DNA of 55,727 nt, filler included, from Bipalium vagum (lineage: Eukaryota), in the NCBI GenBank assembly GCA_037834085.1. It is 3 parts of 3 records of this genome, joined end to end, with 100 filler letters (N's around TTAATTAATTAA, not from the genome) between each part and the next. Parts side by side here need not be neighbours in the genome. Positions count along the whole stretch, not along the records: positions 36,945 to 55,727 come from JBBMKC010019796.1; 2 more parts are not named here. One strand, given 5' to 3'. A program made the position numbers and the translations under genes. The stretch's first letter is position 1. Every line of letters begins with the position of its first letter. Shown piece after piece: positions 38,266-53,076 of the stretch. Under the pieces are notes generated by a model. That model was not told the origin of the DNA and searched no databases. It saw only the letters and a program-made list of their open reading frames with translations.

Positions 38266-40431
38266 GTAAGTGACTTTGTTAAATCAAATCAATTACTGAC
38301 ATACTTGACAATTTCAGAAAAATCTGATGTATATTAAATGTTAAATACATAAATTAAGTATTCTAAATTGATGGATCATTTACATTTCGATAAACTTGTG
38401 TTATAGTCGACAATATCGAGACTTTCTCAAATGGTCATCGAAAATAATTTAAGAGATCGCGAATATAATATTTTTCAATAAATTAAATTAATTATTAATT
38501 ATCAACGAATCGAAATCCAGACAAAATTCGTTCGTTATGTTTTGTTTTTCACATTAAATCATTAAAAGTTCTGTCTCGTGAACAAATTTTCACGGAGAAT
38601 CTCGTTGTGAAATGTTCTTTAAGAATTCCAGCTAGCAGCGATAGAACACAAGCACCTCAGACTACGTCTAGCGACTGACAACCGTGCTGTATGTGATTGA
38701 CTGACAACGTAAATCTAAATACCAAAACAGTTGTCAAACCTATATCACTACTCATTGTCAACAATCACAATTAACCATTAAACATTTCGATTGAATACTT
38801 TGACTTTTTGTGTTATTACTCATTTGTTAGATTTCGTTTGAAAATTTAATAATTATAATAATAATAATAATAACTAATAATGATATAAATTAAATAATAA
38901 TATTAATTATAATTATCATGTTATTTAGTGAATTTATTAAGGAAACAGTGAAATATGATTAAATTAATTGAATTATTTTTTAATTTTATTTGGTATAATT
39001 CCAAACCTTTGCTTTCATTTTTTTCTATTTCGGAACTCCCATTATTTTGCTGGCTAAATCAAGATTGGAATATCTACTTATCAGGAGGCTTGTCTTTCCT
39101 ATAATTGTATAGGCTCGCCTTCATTTCAATTTAATCCAACTTATACGGAAATAATCATAATTGTACTTGTCTCGTCGACAGAAGTCTTATTCCTTATTTA
39201 TTTTTCTGTTGTAAAACAAATTTTAATTCAATATTTTCAATGTTTGGACCCTTAGAATTTTCAAGAGAAATCATTATGACAATTAATTGCTCGCTGTTAA
39301 TGGCTTGAACCGCGTCCCTTTTTCTAACGATACATTTCATATATATTACCAGTCAGTTTTCCATTGATCTTGAAATAATTTTTTAAATTTTGATAAAAGA
39401 GAGCAAACAATTAGTATTGTGTTTTCATTTTTCAACACTAAAGTTTCTTTAAAGAAAATTTTTAGATAGATATAATTCATTGAAATAAGTTAAAGGACAT
39501 AAAAAGATAAGATGTAAAACTCATTTTAATTAATTTAGAATAATAAATAATTTTTCTATAATTTACCACCAATTACTGTTTATAATTAGTAATATTGATT
39601 TATTTCTGTTTATATGATTGAAAAACCACGTTCTACTGACGTTGTATTGTAAAATCGTTAAGCTCAATATATTTGGGTCGATATCAAATCTATCGAAACA
39701 TTGATGTGAGAGGGGATAGTCTATACCGATGGTTAAAGGGAAGTGACAAGTGATCTGGTACTAATAAGTCAACATAATTTTTCAATGCTGACCTTGACTT
39801 AATTCTACAGTATATTCTGCGATGATAAATCATTAGATCATCGATTCCCTCTTTCTTTTTTGATCTGTGAAAATTTTCCTGTAAATCAGGTGGGACACAA
39901 CCATGTGTGATTAATAATTCAACTAGCACTTGATATGAGGAAATATATTCAGAAACGAAGTCTTGTTCCCAGAATATTTTGCATGTTGGTCCATTTCCAA
40001 AGTAAAAGATGTTAAATAAAGTTCACCTTGATAATTTTTTTTTATCCGATGAGTTCGATTTTCTATTATCCCCCGTTAAGGTTTGATTCTTGCCTCTGTT
40101 GTCTCTGCCTTTCAAAAATTTATTCTTATCCCATTTTACTACTGCAATTAATTAATAAAGTCAACTATCGAGAGTCAATCAATTTACGGACGGACATAAT
40201 TTTTCTCTTATATTTTAATAAATGGAAAAATAGATTTCCATTTATTGTCGAAAAACTCTTTTCACCTACTTACAATATCGATTTTAGAAAATGGATCCGT
40301 GATTTTTTCTGAACGAGATCTAAATTTTGAATGAATAAAATTTCGGTAAAATAGTTAACAGAACAGCAAATATTGTTTTTCTTTATATCTCTCAGGGAAA
40401 ATATTAAAAGAATAAGTATTCATTAATCCAG

Positions 40432-40686
40432 GTTGGACTGTGCTCAAAATGTAAAATCCTTGACCATAAAAACCATGAAACCGTGGCTTTGGACGAATTG
40501 TTTGAACATCTTAATAAAGATTTTGATAGCTTGGTATCAAAATGTAAAGCTACTCAAGAAAAGCTAGGAGAATCCGTTGAAAAACTCAATTGGTCTCTCT
40601 CGGAAATATCCAAGTCCCGGAACCTTAATAAAACACAAATTGAAAGTTCATTTGAAATTTGGAAAAGTACCATTGAAAAGATGAAG
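40432..40686 (+). CDS. mei-P26: Mei-P26-like exon 3 (B-box 2 end, coiled coil)
   Basis: VGLCSKCKILDHKNH completes B-box 2; heptad-rich region follows; phase 0. Confidence 0.88.
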
Positions 40687-43600
40687 GTTTGTTTTAGTTA
40701 TTTTCTTACAAAAAATTGTAAACTTCAATAGTGGTCAAAAGCAATCGATGGTTTTCTAATCAATGAGAATTTTTTTCTTTTTTATTTTTTGTTAATTAAA
40801 ATTACATTTTCATGGAAACGTCAATTGAAACTGTGCGAAAATTATAAATGTATTGATTTTATATGATTTTATGATTGTTGTTTGATTTATTCAATTTTAT
40901 TATTATTAATTTTATCCGGTTTGATTAATTATCCATAAAGTTTTTCGTCCATTTGAAATATTAAGGTAGTCATTTTTAAATTAAGAAGTTTTCGAGAAGT
41001 CGTTATTTTCAGTCCTCAATGTTGTTTTTATTTCATTCATTTTAGGAAACAATTGAAGTTACATAGTAAACCACTTATTTGATATTTTAAGCTTTTCTCC
41101 AACTTTTGTCACCCACAAAAATCTCGATACCCGATTTTGAACTCTTCGTTTTTGTATAACAACTAAACTTCTCATTCGAATTAGTTCACATATTAAGATT
41201 GATTGATAATTGTGAATCGTAGATTTAATATCGATTTAATATCAATATTTTCAAGTCATTGATTTATACATACCTTACTATTGTCATTATCGAACCTTTT
41301 TCATTCATTTTTGTCTATGAATAACAATGACAATGTAAATAATGGTAACTCACCTTTTGGTTACTTAGCTTAAAACCAGATCGTGTGTCACACTTTAATA
41401 ACAATGAGAAAACTGTTTTTGTTATTCTTAATTCACGACAATCACAGAGGAGAGATGGTTATGAAGAATGGAAATTCTGATTATTAAGATTGGTCTGATT
41501 TTTTCCAAAGACACAATTCATCATAATTTTAATCTCTCGTTGTCAAATCACTCTCTGATGAGATCATTTTTTTCTGACCATGATTCAATTGTAATATTAT
41601 CAAAAGTCAGTCATGACTTTTGTATAAAACCTTTTTTGTTTGACACTGTCTATATATATTTATAGAAAATCAATATTCAACCCATATTTTTGTCCTTGAT
41701 TTTTTCTTGGACAAATATCGTTTGGTGTAAGAAGAGTGTTAAGAAAGAATTTATTGGAAATTAAATATATTACTGGAGAACGTATGGTATAAGGCAGTAC
41801 TTTTGACTTGGTCATTTTTTATGTTGAAAAACCTTAATCATCGATTATTTCATTGTATACTCTGTGTGAAGTGAATAGAGCTTAGAATTGCTGTCCTTCA
41901 TCAACACTTACTTTATTACGCTAACATATTTGCAGGACGTGTTTTGTCATCGTTTAGAATACGTTGGTAGAATTTTGTTATGGCATGATCTAGTGGCAGT
42001 TTAGGTTGTTAATGTCTTTTTAATATGATATAAAGTGCAAATTTTATGCTGAGACGTCAACTAAATTTGGTAATTAACACAACATACAATTATTGTGATT
42101 TATCTCTTTTCTATGAACACCGTTTGTGCTGTTCTGTTAATCACTTGGACAACGTAAAAAGATCTCAATCATTTTATGAATTTGTAAAAAATTTCAAATC
42201 ATCAAAAACGTCTTGGATAATAATAAATTTGAAAATATTTTTATCATTATTTATTTCTATAAAAGCTTCGTAATTGTTTTAACAATTTTCAATTATAAAA
42301 CTTATTTCGAAAGAATAATATAAATTATTGTCAATGATAAAAAATGATTTACTTGAATTGCGAAAGGGATATTCTCCTCGATTTTATCGAAAGGGTTTGC
42401 AGTACCAATCATGGTTGATAAGAAATAAATTGTTTGCTAAACTATTTTGCCAAATTTCTGTTTTTTATATTACATTATAAATATTTCTTTCAAAACTAAA
42501 TTTCCAAGCTTCAAATACTGCTATGACCATTATATAAGGGATTTGAGAATATTATTATTAATTATTATTATTATTTAATTAACATTTTTATAACACGTTC
42601 TGTTTGTTATTACTTTGTATATATATCGTAAGATAAAATAGTATTTAGTGTATAAACAAATTACATAGTGAACAAAGTAATGATGATGCTGATGTTGCAC
42701 ACGCCCAGATGAGATACTGCATGACATTGTGACAAAATAATTCGACTAAAGTTCTGTATTTGGTATTTGATAAAATTTCTCAAATGGATTATTTCAGTAA
42801 TACTTATTGAATCTAAGATAAGGGACGCACAAGAGATAAAAATTTTAATATCATCAATCATCTCGAAATGTAATGTGCACAATTTTCCACCGACTTTTAT
42901 GAATATTTCATTATTTTTCGTAAAATGCAACAATCATTTCCTATGCATACTTTTCAGTACTGGAAGTGATGAAATTACATTATAGAAATATTTGTCAATT
43001 TTTTTGGAAATTTAATTCATTGATAAATATTTTCTGTAAAGTTAATGCAAAATTGAAGTAAAAATATAATTTTTTTTAATAATTAAACTTTAGAATAATT
43101 CGATTAAATCTGATAATTGTAATGTTTCTGATTCAATTGATTCTTTCATATTTTGCACGCTTTTGATGGTTTCAAAAAGGTAGACTTATACTCTCGCTGT
43201 TTCTTATTAAACCGTCTCAATTATACCATTCTCCCAATGTCTTTACATAATAAATAATCTTACCGCTTATCAAAACTTAAAATGTTCGATTGTTCATTTT
43301 ATTTTTTAAATAATATCTTTTTATTTGCACATTAAACATAAATTTACTATCACTATAACAAGATTATTAAACTTCTGATTTAATATGAATATCCTTGGTG
43401 TTTATGTTTTCAGTTTCCATGTTTCATAAACCATAACTTGATAGGAAAAGGTCAAATTTATTCAAACTCTTTCGCAATATGAATCCATAACATTGATGTT
43501 CTTCTTGTCTCTCGCCTAAAATTCACCCGTTTATGATATTTGTTTATGATAACGTGTTTCTTTTAATGATAATTAATAATGCAAGTCAAATTCTTTGAAT

Positions 43601-44316
43601 GTCGATAAACAAATTCTGCGTGTGCTGCGAACAGTGATGATTATTGTCGACGAGGAATTCTTTTCTGCAAGACAAATTAGTTTTGGCAAAAATAAAAGTT
43701 TTTCGTTACCTCGACATTTTGAGATAACGATGAACTTTGAGAAACATTAAATGCTGTTCCTTATCATTGTCGTCATATTCATTATTAAATAAGACAGAAG
43801 GTGTTATAAACAGCTGCGGAATACTCTTTTTCTTTACAAATTTCCTTTACGATTATTTGTACTGTTTTTTGTTCAATGAAATTTCAATTAGAAGAGTTTC
43901 TTTTGAAGAAAGATATACAACAGCTTTCTCTTTTTGTTTAGAAATAGAAACTATTATAACACTGAAGGGTTAGGTGAGATAATATAATGAAAAAGGACTC
44001 CACAAGGAATTATTGATTTTCTCTGCTTGTAATTGTAATCTAAATTATTATAAGAAGTTTTATCTTAAATCTATTTATTAATAAAAATTATTTATAGAAA
44101 ATTCGATAAGCATTCCATATGTTTATATTTGGCTATTTTAAATACGAGAAAGGGTTAGACGTTTTAGCAAGATGGAAAAGCATTAACTATTCTTATCTTT
44201 TTCTTATTCTTTTTCTGTTTACAACATAAAGTTTAAAAAAGTTCTCTTTAAAAGCCTGGAATAAAATATCACAAATCTCAGAAAAAGATTATTTTTAAAA
44301 TTTTATTTCACTTATC

Positions 44317-44351
44317 TATTATTGTTATTATTATTGTTATTATTATTGTTA

Positions 44352-44404
<53 letters not shown>
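44317..44404. repeat. (TAT/TGT)n microsatellite
   Basis: Direct run. Confidence 0.95.
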
Positions 44405-44502
44405 TAGTTGTTAAAGTTCAGCTTTCCTAAGAAAACTTGTTCATTTTTTAAATTTTGAAATACATTCTTGAAGAATTCATTATTTTTCTATTTTGAATTT
44501 AG

Positions 44503-45546
44503 GATGAATTAATTTTACAAAATCGAAATCATCATGATAATTTGGAATATAAAATAATGTCCCAAATTAATCAAAACCAAAAGAGTTCAGATCACATTGA
44601 TTCTACCATGAAATTTATCAATCTTTATCTTAAGAAATGTTCATTTCTCGAAGCAAGCAAATTAGTAAAGCCAACGCTGGATTGCTTAACGTCATTGTCT
44701 GCATTGAAATGTGACACTGGGAAAATATCTACTTCTGTGTTAATCCAATGCCCCAATGCAGAATTTATCAAGTCTCTAGTTCGATCTCATTTTGGAACGT
44801 TTCCTAATTCAGATTCATTTGCTAATTCGGGCCATTCCAGCTATTTTCAAGAAAATGGTCTGTTTCAAAGTAATTCCGTAAGCGGAGCCAATCCCGGTTT
44901 ACTGAATCTTGGAACACCAGAGCCAATTGATTCTATCAATATGTATTCACCTAGCAGTGGAAATTTCGAAGAAGCTGAAATGATGTCCAATAAAGAATCT
45001 ATTCCATTCCAATCGAAATTGGGACAACTTTCATCGGGCTCGGGAAATACAAGGATTGTTGCTAACAACTCTTTCACAGGTCTGGACAGCTTATCACATC
45101 CTGGAAATCTTCCATTACCATTCATTCATCAAACTTCCAATGACTACTTTTCATATTCAAATGAAATTTCACCTTTGATGACAAGCAAAGGGTCCATTTC
45201 AGCCAGTACGGACAGTGGACAATTCATTTCTCACCCGCTCTATGATGATAATTCATTAACATCTTCAATTCTTCCTAGAATGGGTCCGGATTTTAGTACT
45301 CTCGACAATTCTCAAGTCAATTTGAATATGCAATTTAATAATAACGCATATAGACCACTGGTGAACATGAATCCCGTTCCAAAACCACCATTTCCTAATC
45401 GAAACAGAAATTATGTGCCTATGGTTATTAAGGAACGATGGGGATCTCAAGGTTCAAATAGAGGACAGTTAAACTCTCCGCATGGATTTTGCTTGGGATT
45501 TGGTGAAGAGATTGTCGTTGCCGACACCCAGAACCATCGGATTCAT
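44503..45546 (+). CDS. mei-P26: Mei-P26-like exon 4 (coiled coil, S/N/P-rich linker, first NHL repeat)
   Basis: Open 1044 nt; [28 protein letters not shown], where NSPHGFCLG is characteristic of the Mei-P26/NHL-2 class rather than Brat. Confidence 0.92.
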
Positions 45547-46436
45547 GTTAGTCCTATTATTGATTTCCATTCATTAAATAAGTTTCAATGTTTAATATTG
45601 AAAATTATGAAATTTACATATCTATTCATTTATATTGCTGTTTTTTTATTATTACATCATTTGATAAGATCGTTTTTCGGCTTGTGATATCATTAGAAAT
45701 ATGAAAATCACAACGATTAGTTATTTTAGTACAGACTGTCTTAATTTTTTTTCATTATTTGTTTTCTCATACATTTTTAATTTTTTTGGACCAATCATAT
45801 GCTTTCAAATTCTCCTTACTATTTCTTGTATCCAATAAAATTCGTTTTATTTATCTTAAAATCGCTATAGTTGCACGAGACATGTTTTACTTCACTTACT
45901 TTCTTTTCAGTATAATTCTTATTTGTGTTGTTTTAATAATTCATTTTTGTTATTATTTTTTGCTGGGTTGTTCTGTGATTGATACGAAGAAAAAGTAATT
46001 TTTTTATCACTTTTAAATAAATTATTATTACTAATAAAAATATTATTATTATGGATTTTTTTAAAAATACGTTGGTGATGTCCAACTAATTGTGGTTTTA
46101 TGATTAAAAAGCGTTTCATATTAACAAAGAAAATTTTGTTGGTCAAAGAAAAAACGTGCACACGTATTTTTGCTTTTGGCGTCGGTATTTCTCTGTTCAG
46201 TCACCATATTACAGTAACTCTTCACAGTTGAACGACTTTTCAGAGATATAACTTGAGATCAATTTATCTTTTGTATTAACGACAATAATGAAGGCGAGGA
46301 GATTGATTTGATCTTTGTATTGATTTTCTTTTACGCACTTTAATGAATTTTAGTTAAAGTTAAAAAATAAACATTTAAAAATAAATAGAAAGCCGATTTT
46401 TCATTGATTTTGAATATATAATTCGTTTTTTCTCAG

Positions 46437-46671
46437 ATATTTAGCAAAGATGGTCAGTTTATTAGCCAATTTGGAATTGCAGGTCGAGAAGAAGGCCATC
46501 TTTGGCATCCGAGAAAAGTTACAATAATACGCAATACTCAGCATTACGTCGTGTGTGACAGAGGAAGTGAACGTTCGAGAATGCAAATATTTGCGAAAAA
46601 CGGTTATTTTATAAGAAAAATCGCTATACCGTTCATCGACATTGTTGCCGGCCTGGCTATCAATAGTATGG
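46437..46671 (+). CDS. mei-P26: Mei-P26-like exon 5 (NHL repeats)
   Basis: FGIAGREEGHLWHPRKV...VVCDRGSERSRMQIF...IDIVAGLA; GTAAGG donor, phase 1. Confidence 0.93.
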
Positions 46672-46745
46672 GTAAGGATGAGACTGTGCATTGTGTGTTG
46701 TGCTTGTTGTTGATCGATCTATTTTTCAATTCTTCCCACAAACAG

Positions 46746-46897
46746 GTCACATCGTTGCTGTGGACAGTGTTTCGCCTACCATTTTTGTTGTCACTGAAAT
46801 GGGAGAGATGGTCAAATGGATCGAATGCAGCAGTCAAATGAGGGAACCGTCAGATATTGTCGTTCATGGGGAAAATTATTACATTTGTGATTTCAAG
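46746..46897 (+). CDS. mei-P26: Mei-P26-like exon 6 (NHL repeats)
   Basis: [14 protein letters not shown]...MREPSDI...YICDFK; 74-nt upstream intron. Confidence 0.93.
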
Positions 46898-47814
46898 GTC
46901 ATTATCATTAAAATATGAAATATTTAACATTGATATAAATACTGTCGTGTACATGGAGACTTAATGGTGGGTGCTCACAAAATATTTACTAAATCAATTT
47001 TCGACTAATTTGACTGACCAACGACCGACGGAGAAAAATTCTTTTTTAACCTAGTAATCAAAAATTTTAAAATTTCACATGTTAGTCATGGCGAAAGGAT
47101 TTTAGAAAATATCGATTCTTATGATTTAGCAGAATATTAAAAATATATAATCAATAATACAGAAAGGGTGTTGGCTATTTTATTCGTCTGCGTATGATTT
47201 TATAATTATATAATCATAAAGTTTTTAATGAAGAATATAAATTTTTCAATATAACAAATTTTCAATTCTTAAAAAATTAATATACTGTATCATTATAATT
47301 AAATATCAAAAATAAATAAATATCAACAAAATTATTTTAAAATAATTATATAAAAAAATATTAAATTTACAATTAAATAAAATTTAAATTAAGCAAACTA
47401 TAAAAATTCAAAAATTAGAAAATCAGTTTAAACTCACAGTTATAATTGCATTCAATCGATTGTTAATTAACGTGTTATATTTCCCTATATAAAATCACAT
47501 AATAAAATTCTTTAATTTATCACTTATTTACCAAAAATCCATTAGAAATATCTGATCCAAGTCATGAATCTTTTTAAAGCTTGTCTATAAAAGTAATGAA
47601 GAATTGATAATTGGTTAAGTGTTAGGGTAAAAAATTATTTCAGCAAATTCAGAAAATGAAAATCTCAAAAATGCTTGAGCCCTAGTTTTATTGGGAATAA
47701 ATAAAAAAATTCCTTTTTTGTGATTTAAAAGTGATACATTGTCGAGACTTTACTTTATAAAACAATTATTTAAAATAATTCGATTTGGTTATATATTTTT
47801 TTCAAGGAAACCAA

Positions 47815-47882
47815 TAGAGGTACCTCTTTATAACGACACCCTTCTGGAACGGCCAAACTGTCGTTATATAGAGGTTCCACTG
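47815..47882. mobile_element. pogo/Tigger-type mini-MITE (about 70 bp hairpin)
   Basis: Inverted arms cctctttataacgaca / tgtcgttatatagagg; right end reads CAGTGGAACCTC on the minus strand, a pogo/Tigger-type TIR. Confidence 0.6.
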
Positions 47883-50800
47883 CATTTCTCTTTCTCCTTC
47901 ATTATGTACACAGAATTTATATGCCATTATGAAAATCATTCCTTCAGTACTGTATTGCTCTCTGGGGAATTAAAATTTTCCCCTTTAAAATAATTAATTA
48001 ATACTTCATTAAAATGATAGTCAGATTAAGATATATGCACAAAATTTGATTATTTATGTATTATTTCCTATAAGGACCGGATTAGTCAATAAAGTATAAA
48101 ATTATATATACATATATAACTTAAGTAAAATTATCCATTATGATTTGGTTACTTATTGTAACACGACATGATCTTACTTTGGTGAAGAACTCTGTTTTTA
48201 ATATCCATATTTCTTTGTTTCTTGTGTAACGCTCTTATTTTGTATTTATTCAGCTAAGAAATAGTTAATTTATTAGGCGGGACAGAGAAGTAAAACATTT
48301 ACTCTATTAATTTGGATAATCATTTAGGGTCGCCAGTAATAATAAATGGGATTAGTTTACTGATTTTTCTATTGATAACATGACTAAATCCAAATATTTC
48401 AATTAGCAGGCCCAAAGTCACGAATCTTTTCATCAGACTATAGGTCTTCTTCCATAACAAACTTCGTTTTTGTTGATTGGGCATGAATTTTGTAAATATT
48501 TAAGTGATTGCTTAACATATTCCATTACTATAACTTACCTTGGTCTTATTATAATCACAATGTACAATATCAAGAATATTCTCAATGTATTCTCAATTTT
48601 GTCATTTTGAAGATTTTAATGTTGATTTATAAATGAAAAAATAATTTTAATTAACTTTAAATAATCACATAACTCAAAATCTTTTCCAAGGTTTACTGAG
48701 GTATCAAATAAATTTTAAGATTTTTAAATAATTAAAGAAATTAATGGAACTTTTTTTTTGAAAGATTTTGATTATGACTTAGTCAATTTTCCATATCGTG
48801 AAAGATTTATTAGTAAACTTTGTCAAACTAAAGTATCAATTAAGATAATTAAATGGAAAACTAGTGGAGAACGATTTGAGAATATTGGAGAATTCTGTGT
48901 AATTGAAAGAAAATGTGGAGTATAGTTTATCACGAAAATTACTGCGAGATTAACACACAAAATATGGAAAGAAATGACCAATAATGTGTTAAGACAAGGG
49001 ATTTTAAGAATATTAAATCAACCAATGGACATTAAAATAAATATTTTAATTAAATAAATATTTGCAAACAGTCAATTATCATTCATGGTTATTATTATTT
49101 CAGCCTGACACATTCAAATTGATTTCGGAAATCAATATTTTAATTAGATAGTCAATCTTAATTGATTGTGTATCTTCATTGTGTATTAATTATATATATC
49201 GTTATTGCACATTTACACTTAATTATAAATTGTTTAAAAATCAATATTTTCTATAATACTATTACTTATGAAATGTTATTTGACTGAAAACAGAAATCTT
49301 AATTATTATAAATTCCGATGGTTCGCAATTTTTTTAGCATTTATCATTTATGAATTTTGGTTTTCATTTCTGTGGGATTTATTTTTGTTATTAGTGCAAT
49401 TTTGGCATTAAAACTGAAAAATAGAAGGATAACTGAGACTTGAAAAGACCATCTTCTGTTTTAATATTTCTGGATTGACTATTTCTACAGTTACACCAGT
49501 GAAATTAATGGAAAAAAGTGTATCTTTTTAGAAACGTTTTCTATAATTATTGAAGATTGTTTAATTATTTTGGACAGTTTAATTTAATGATAGTTTGCTT
49601 TTTGTGTTCTGGTAGAATTGGAAATTCTCTGCGAAGAAATTTTGATAATCGGCTGAAATTTTTCTAATGATTATTTTCAGTCGCACTTTTATTTTCCGAC
49701 TGAATCTGACGAGATAAACTTATTCATAATTCCGACATTGACATTCAATTTATTCTCCTCTGAACCAGGCCTTTGAATTTCGCCGATTATAAATATGTCA
49801 CATTTGTGGGGAGACAGAGCAGTGGTTTCATTGATCATAAAATGTCCATAATAATAAGTTTTTCAAGATCTCGTAATGTGGCAGAATGTTTTTCACACCA
49901 TCTTCCTGTAACATACTTTGTCCCTTTATTCGGTATTCACTGAGATTTATTGTCTATTACAATCACGGTCTGAGAAATCTGTGTTTTTGTTTTAATTGCT
50001 TTACTTTGATTAATTGTGTGGCTGTCCTTTATTTCGTGGTGTTAAAACTGTGATTCTGTTCTGTTTCTTCCTCGAACTGAAATTTTCCAGTTTTTAATTT
50101 CACATTGAAAGTTTGTTAATTTTTTTCGTTACTGTCACACGAACTATTCACTACGACAGAACATTCACTTGAAGTGACAACATTGATTATGTATCCAATT
50201 TTTCAAAGAAAAAATCACTTAACTCGCTATACGGAGAACATCCACGAAACCGGATCTTGTAAATCTATGCTCTGTGAGAATTTGTAGTACACTTTTCAAT
50301 ATTCTAAAATGTTAAAAGGAAATCTAATTTCAAAAAATTGTTTCTGTTTCCTTTTTATTTATTGATTTATTTAATTTAAGTCAGTGAAATGAAACCAATC
50401 AATAAGTTTTGTTGTCTAATGTCAATTATGGTCATGTTAAATCACATTTTCTTTTTGTTTTTTTTATTGTGCATCTGTAGAATTAAAACAAAAAATTTGA
50501 TTTTGATTTTAATGTAATAATTGTTGTTAATGTCACCAGTTTAATAAAATTCGAGTTTTTCTATTCTGCCTCGGCTCTTTGCTTTTTATGAATTTCCATT
50601 GGAAATATTAAATGCTCTATTGTTTTGATTTCAGATATTGTGTTATTTTCTTTGGAAAAGTCTTTGAGCTCTTTCTTTTATAATGAAACCTTGTTAATCT
50701 TGTCATATGTCCATGTGTGTTTATTAACAAAAGTTTCTTTTCGTCAATACCCGTAGCAAAGATCCGAATTTTAATTAATTTTAAAATCGATAGAGAAATA

Positions 50801-50959
50801 GGGACTAAATATTCTTTTACTAATTATTATAAGGACCTGTTTTGAAACAACGCTCTGGACATTTATTTATATATTATTAATATGAGGACTATAAATAATG
50901 TAAATACAAAATCAATTATTTTATTTATAAAACCGATAAAAGGGACTGTTTTATTCCAG

Positions 50960-51268
50960 GGACATTGTGTGTGCGTTTACAAACAGGATGGAACGTTCCT
51001 ATTCAGATTTGGTAATGAGAAAATAACAAACTATCCCAACGGAATTGATATTTCCAACCACGGTGACATTCTGGTGGGAGATTCTCACGGCAATCGATTT
51101 CACGTGGCTGTCTTTACCAAAGATGGCCAGTTGACTGGAGAATTCGAATGTCCATCGGTGAAAGTCAGTCGTGCTTGTGGACTGAAAATCACCAGTGAAG
51201 GTTATTTGGTCACTTTGGCCAAGAACAACCACAACGTTCTTGTCATTGACACGTTGTATGTAAATTGA
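50960..51268 (+). CDS. mei-P26: Mei-P26-like exon 7 (terminal NHL repeats, stop)
   Basis: [31 protein letters not shown]...[37 protein letters not shown]. Confidence 0.95.
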   Translation, partial: GHCVCVYKQDGTFLFRFGNEKITNYPNGIDISNHGDILVGDSHGNRFHVAVFTKDGQLTGEFECPSVKVSRACGLKITSEGYLVTLAKNNHNVLVIDTLYVN

Positions 51269-53070
51269 AAACAAATGCAAATCACAAGAACCAAAAGATG
51301 TTGATGATAGTGATAGTGGTGGTGATGATGATAACGACGACGACGACGACGTGATGATGATGATAGTGAAAAATCGATGCCACAGCTCAGTTGTGCGTGC
51401 GTCTGTGTTGCGCTTAACTTTTATTACGATTATATTTCCTTCAAATTATTATTATTTATTATTATAATTATTATTATCGATTTATTGTTGAAACTATTGT
51501 ATTATCATTTTTACTAGATGCACTTACTACCTTGTCACAGTTTTTGACTTGTAGTCATCACATCTAATCTATATATTGACTATTGTACTATTACTATTAT
51601 TATTAGTTATCGATATTATTATTATTGTTATTATTTATTCGCCGACAATTTTTGGGGTTTTTTTATTTTACCTCGGAGTTTTATCCTTAGTATTTTTAAC
51701 ATTTAAGTTATTTTTATTTTTGTTTTATTAATTTTATTTTTTATCAATGATATATACATTATTCCTTGTTCATCACAAACCATATATTATTATATTTATT
51801 CATTTTGAATCGGATTGGAATTGGAATTGCTTTTACAGTTTTATTTTTAGAAATTAATTCTTATTCAACACCAACACACAAACAAACACACACATACACA
51901 CATGAATATATAATGTTAATAATAATATTATTGATATTATTGAATAATATACGTTTTAGTCGACAATTGTAAAATTCTCTGAATGGAGGACAGCAACAAC
52001 AAAAATATATTTTTTTGAATTACTTATCTACCTTCATTTATTGATTACATTTTTTAGTTTATTAACGATAATGTTGTTTTAATTTCTTTTTTAACGATCA
52101 TCATCGGTCTTTTCGATGAATTGTTATACTTTGATTGAACAGTTTTTTATTATTATCATGAACTGGTGTTATGATGATGGGGATGACAACGGCGGCGACG
52201 ACGAGGACGACGACGAACGGTCTCTGTTGTGTATTGATTTTGATTGGATTTGTTTAAACAATGCTTCAAAAATTTATTATGAATTTTTAATTTTGCTGTT
52301 GTTATTATTATTATTATTATTATTGACGTTGATGTTGTTGTAGAAGAACGGATTTATTTATTTATTTGGTGATTGTTACTCAGGCTGTCATTCTCTTCTG
52401 TCAATAATTCAGACTGGTGCTAAATTAAATTTCATTTGTGTCGCTTAACTTTCTTTCAGTATGTGTGCAGCCTTGTAGCGCTAATGGTTACTATTGTTAT
52501 GTTATTATTCGATCCCTTTGGTTGAAAGATGGAAAATCTAGTGATTTTATTATTATTAGAGAAAGGAACGAAAGCGGAGAACACTTATTTATTACTGGTG
52601 TTATTATTATTATTATTTCTCGTTTTTAACAATATGTTGTGTCGATTTCCTAATCAGTTTCATTGTTGATTGTAAGCTTTTTTACAATCAACAATTAATT
52701 TTTATAGATTTGTCATTTATTTTTAGCTTTCATGAAACTTTTCAGTTTGAAATTGAGCGTGAGTCTAGAAATAATTATTTTCATTTTGATTTTAATCTAT
52801 ACCGGACCTGATACGAAAAGAAAAAATACATCAAGTGCTAGCGTTAGTTCAATGTTATTATTTTTGAATTAACAAATTTGTTTGTGATTATTACTATTAT
52901 TATTACTGCTATTATGTGATTTTATTCATTTTTACAATGTATTACTATTATTATTATTACTAGAATTTTAGTGGAGATCCATGATCACTAAGTCCTTTTA
53001 TTAATTTTTTCATTCATTTGAAATATATTCAGTTACAAAATTGTTTGTTTCTTTTTCTGAGAATTTTATA

Positions 53071-53076
53071 AATAAA
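53071..53076 (+). promoter_or_regulatory. Candidate polyadenylation signal for the Mei-P26-like mRNA
   Basis: AATAAA followed by U-rich sequence, at the point where the simple-repeat-rich UTR-like texture ends. Confidence 0.45.

Noticed and set aside
48150-50300. Possible Gypsy relics in Mei-P26 intron 6 (TGGCGACC PBS-like on the minus strand near 48326-48333; gag-like texture at 49500-50100)
   Set aside because: Too decayed to fix boundaries or family
44503-51268. Calling the NHL gene brat or lin-41/TRIM71
   Set aside because: It has a RING, no evident filamin domain, and NSPHGFCLG / CDRGxERSRMQIF / [10 protein letters not shown] motifs of the Mei-P26/NHL-2 class
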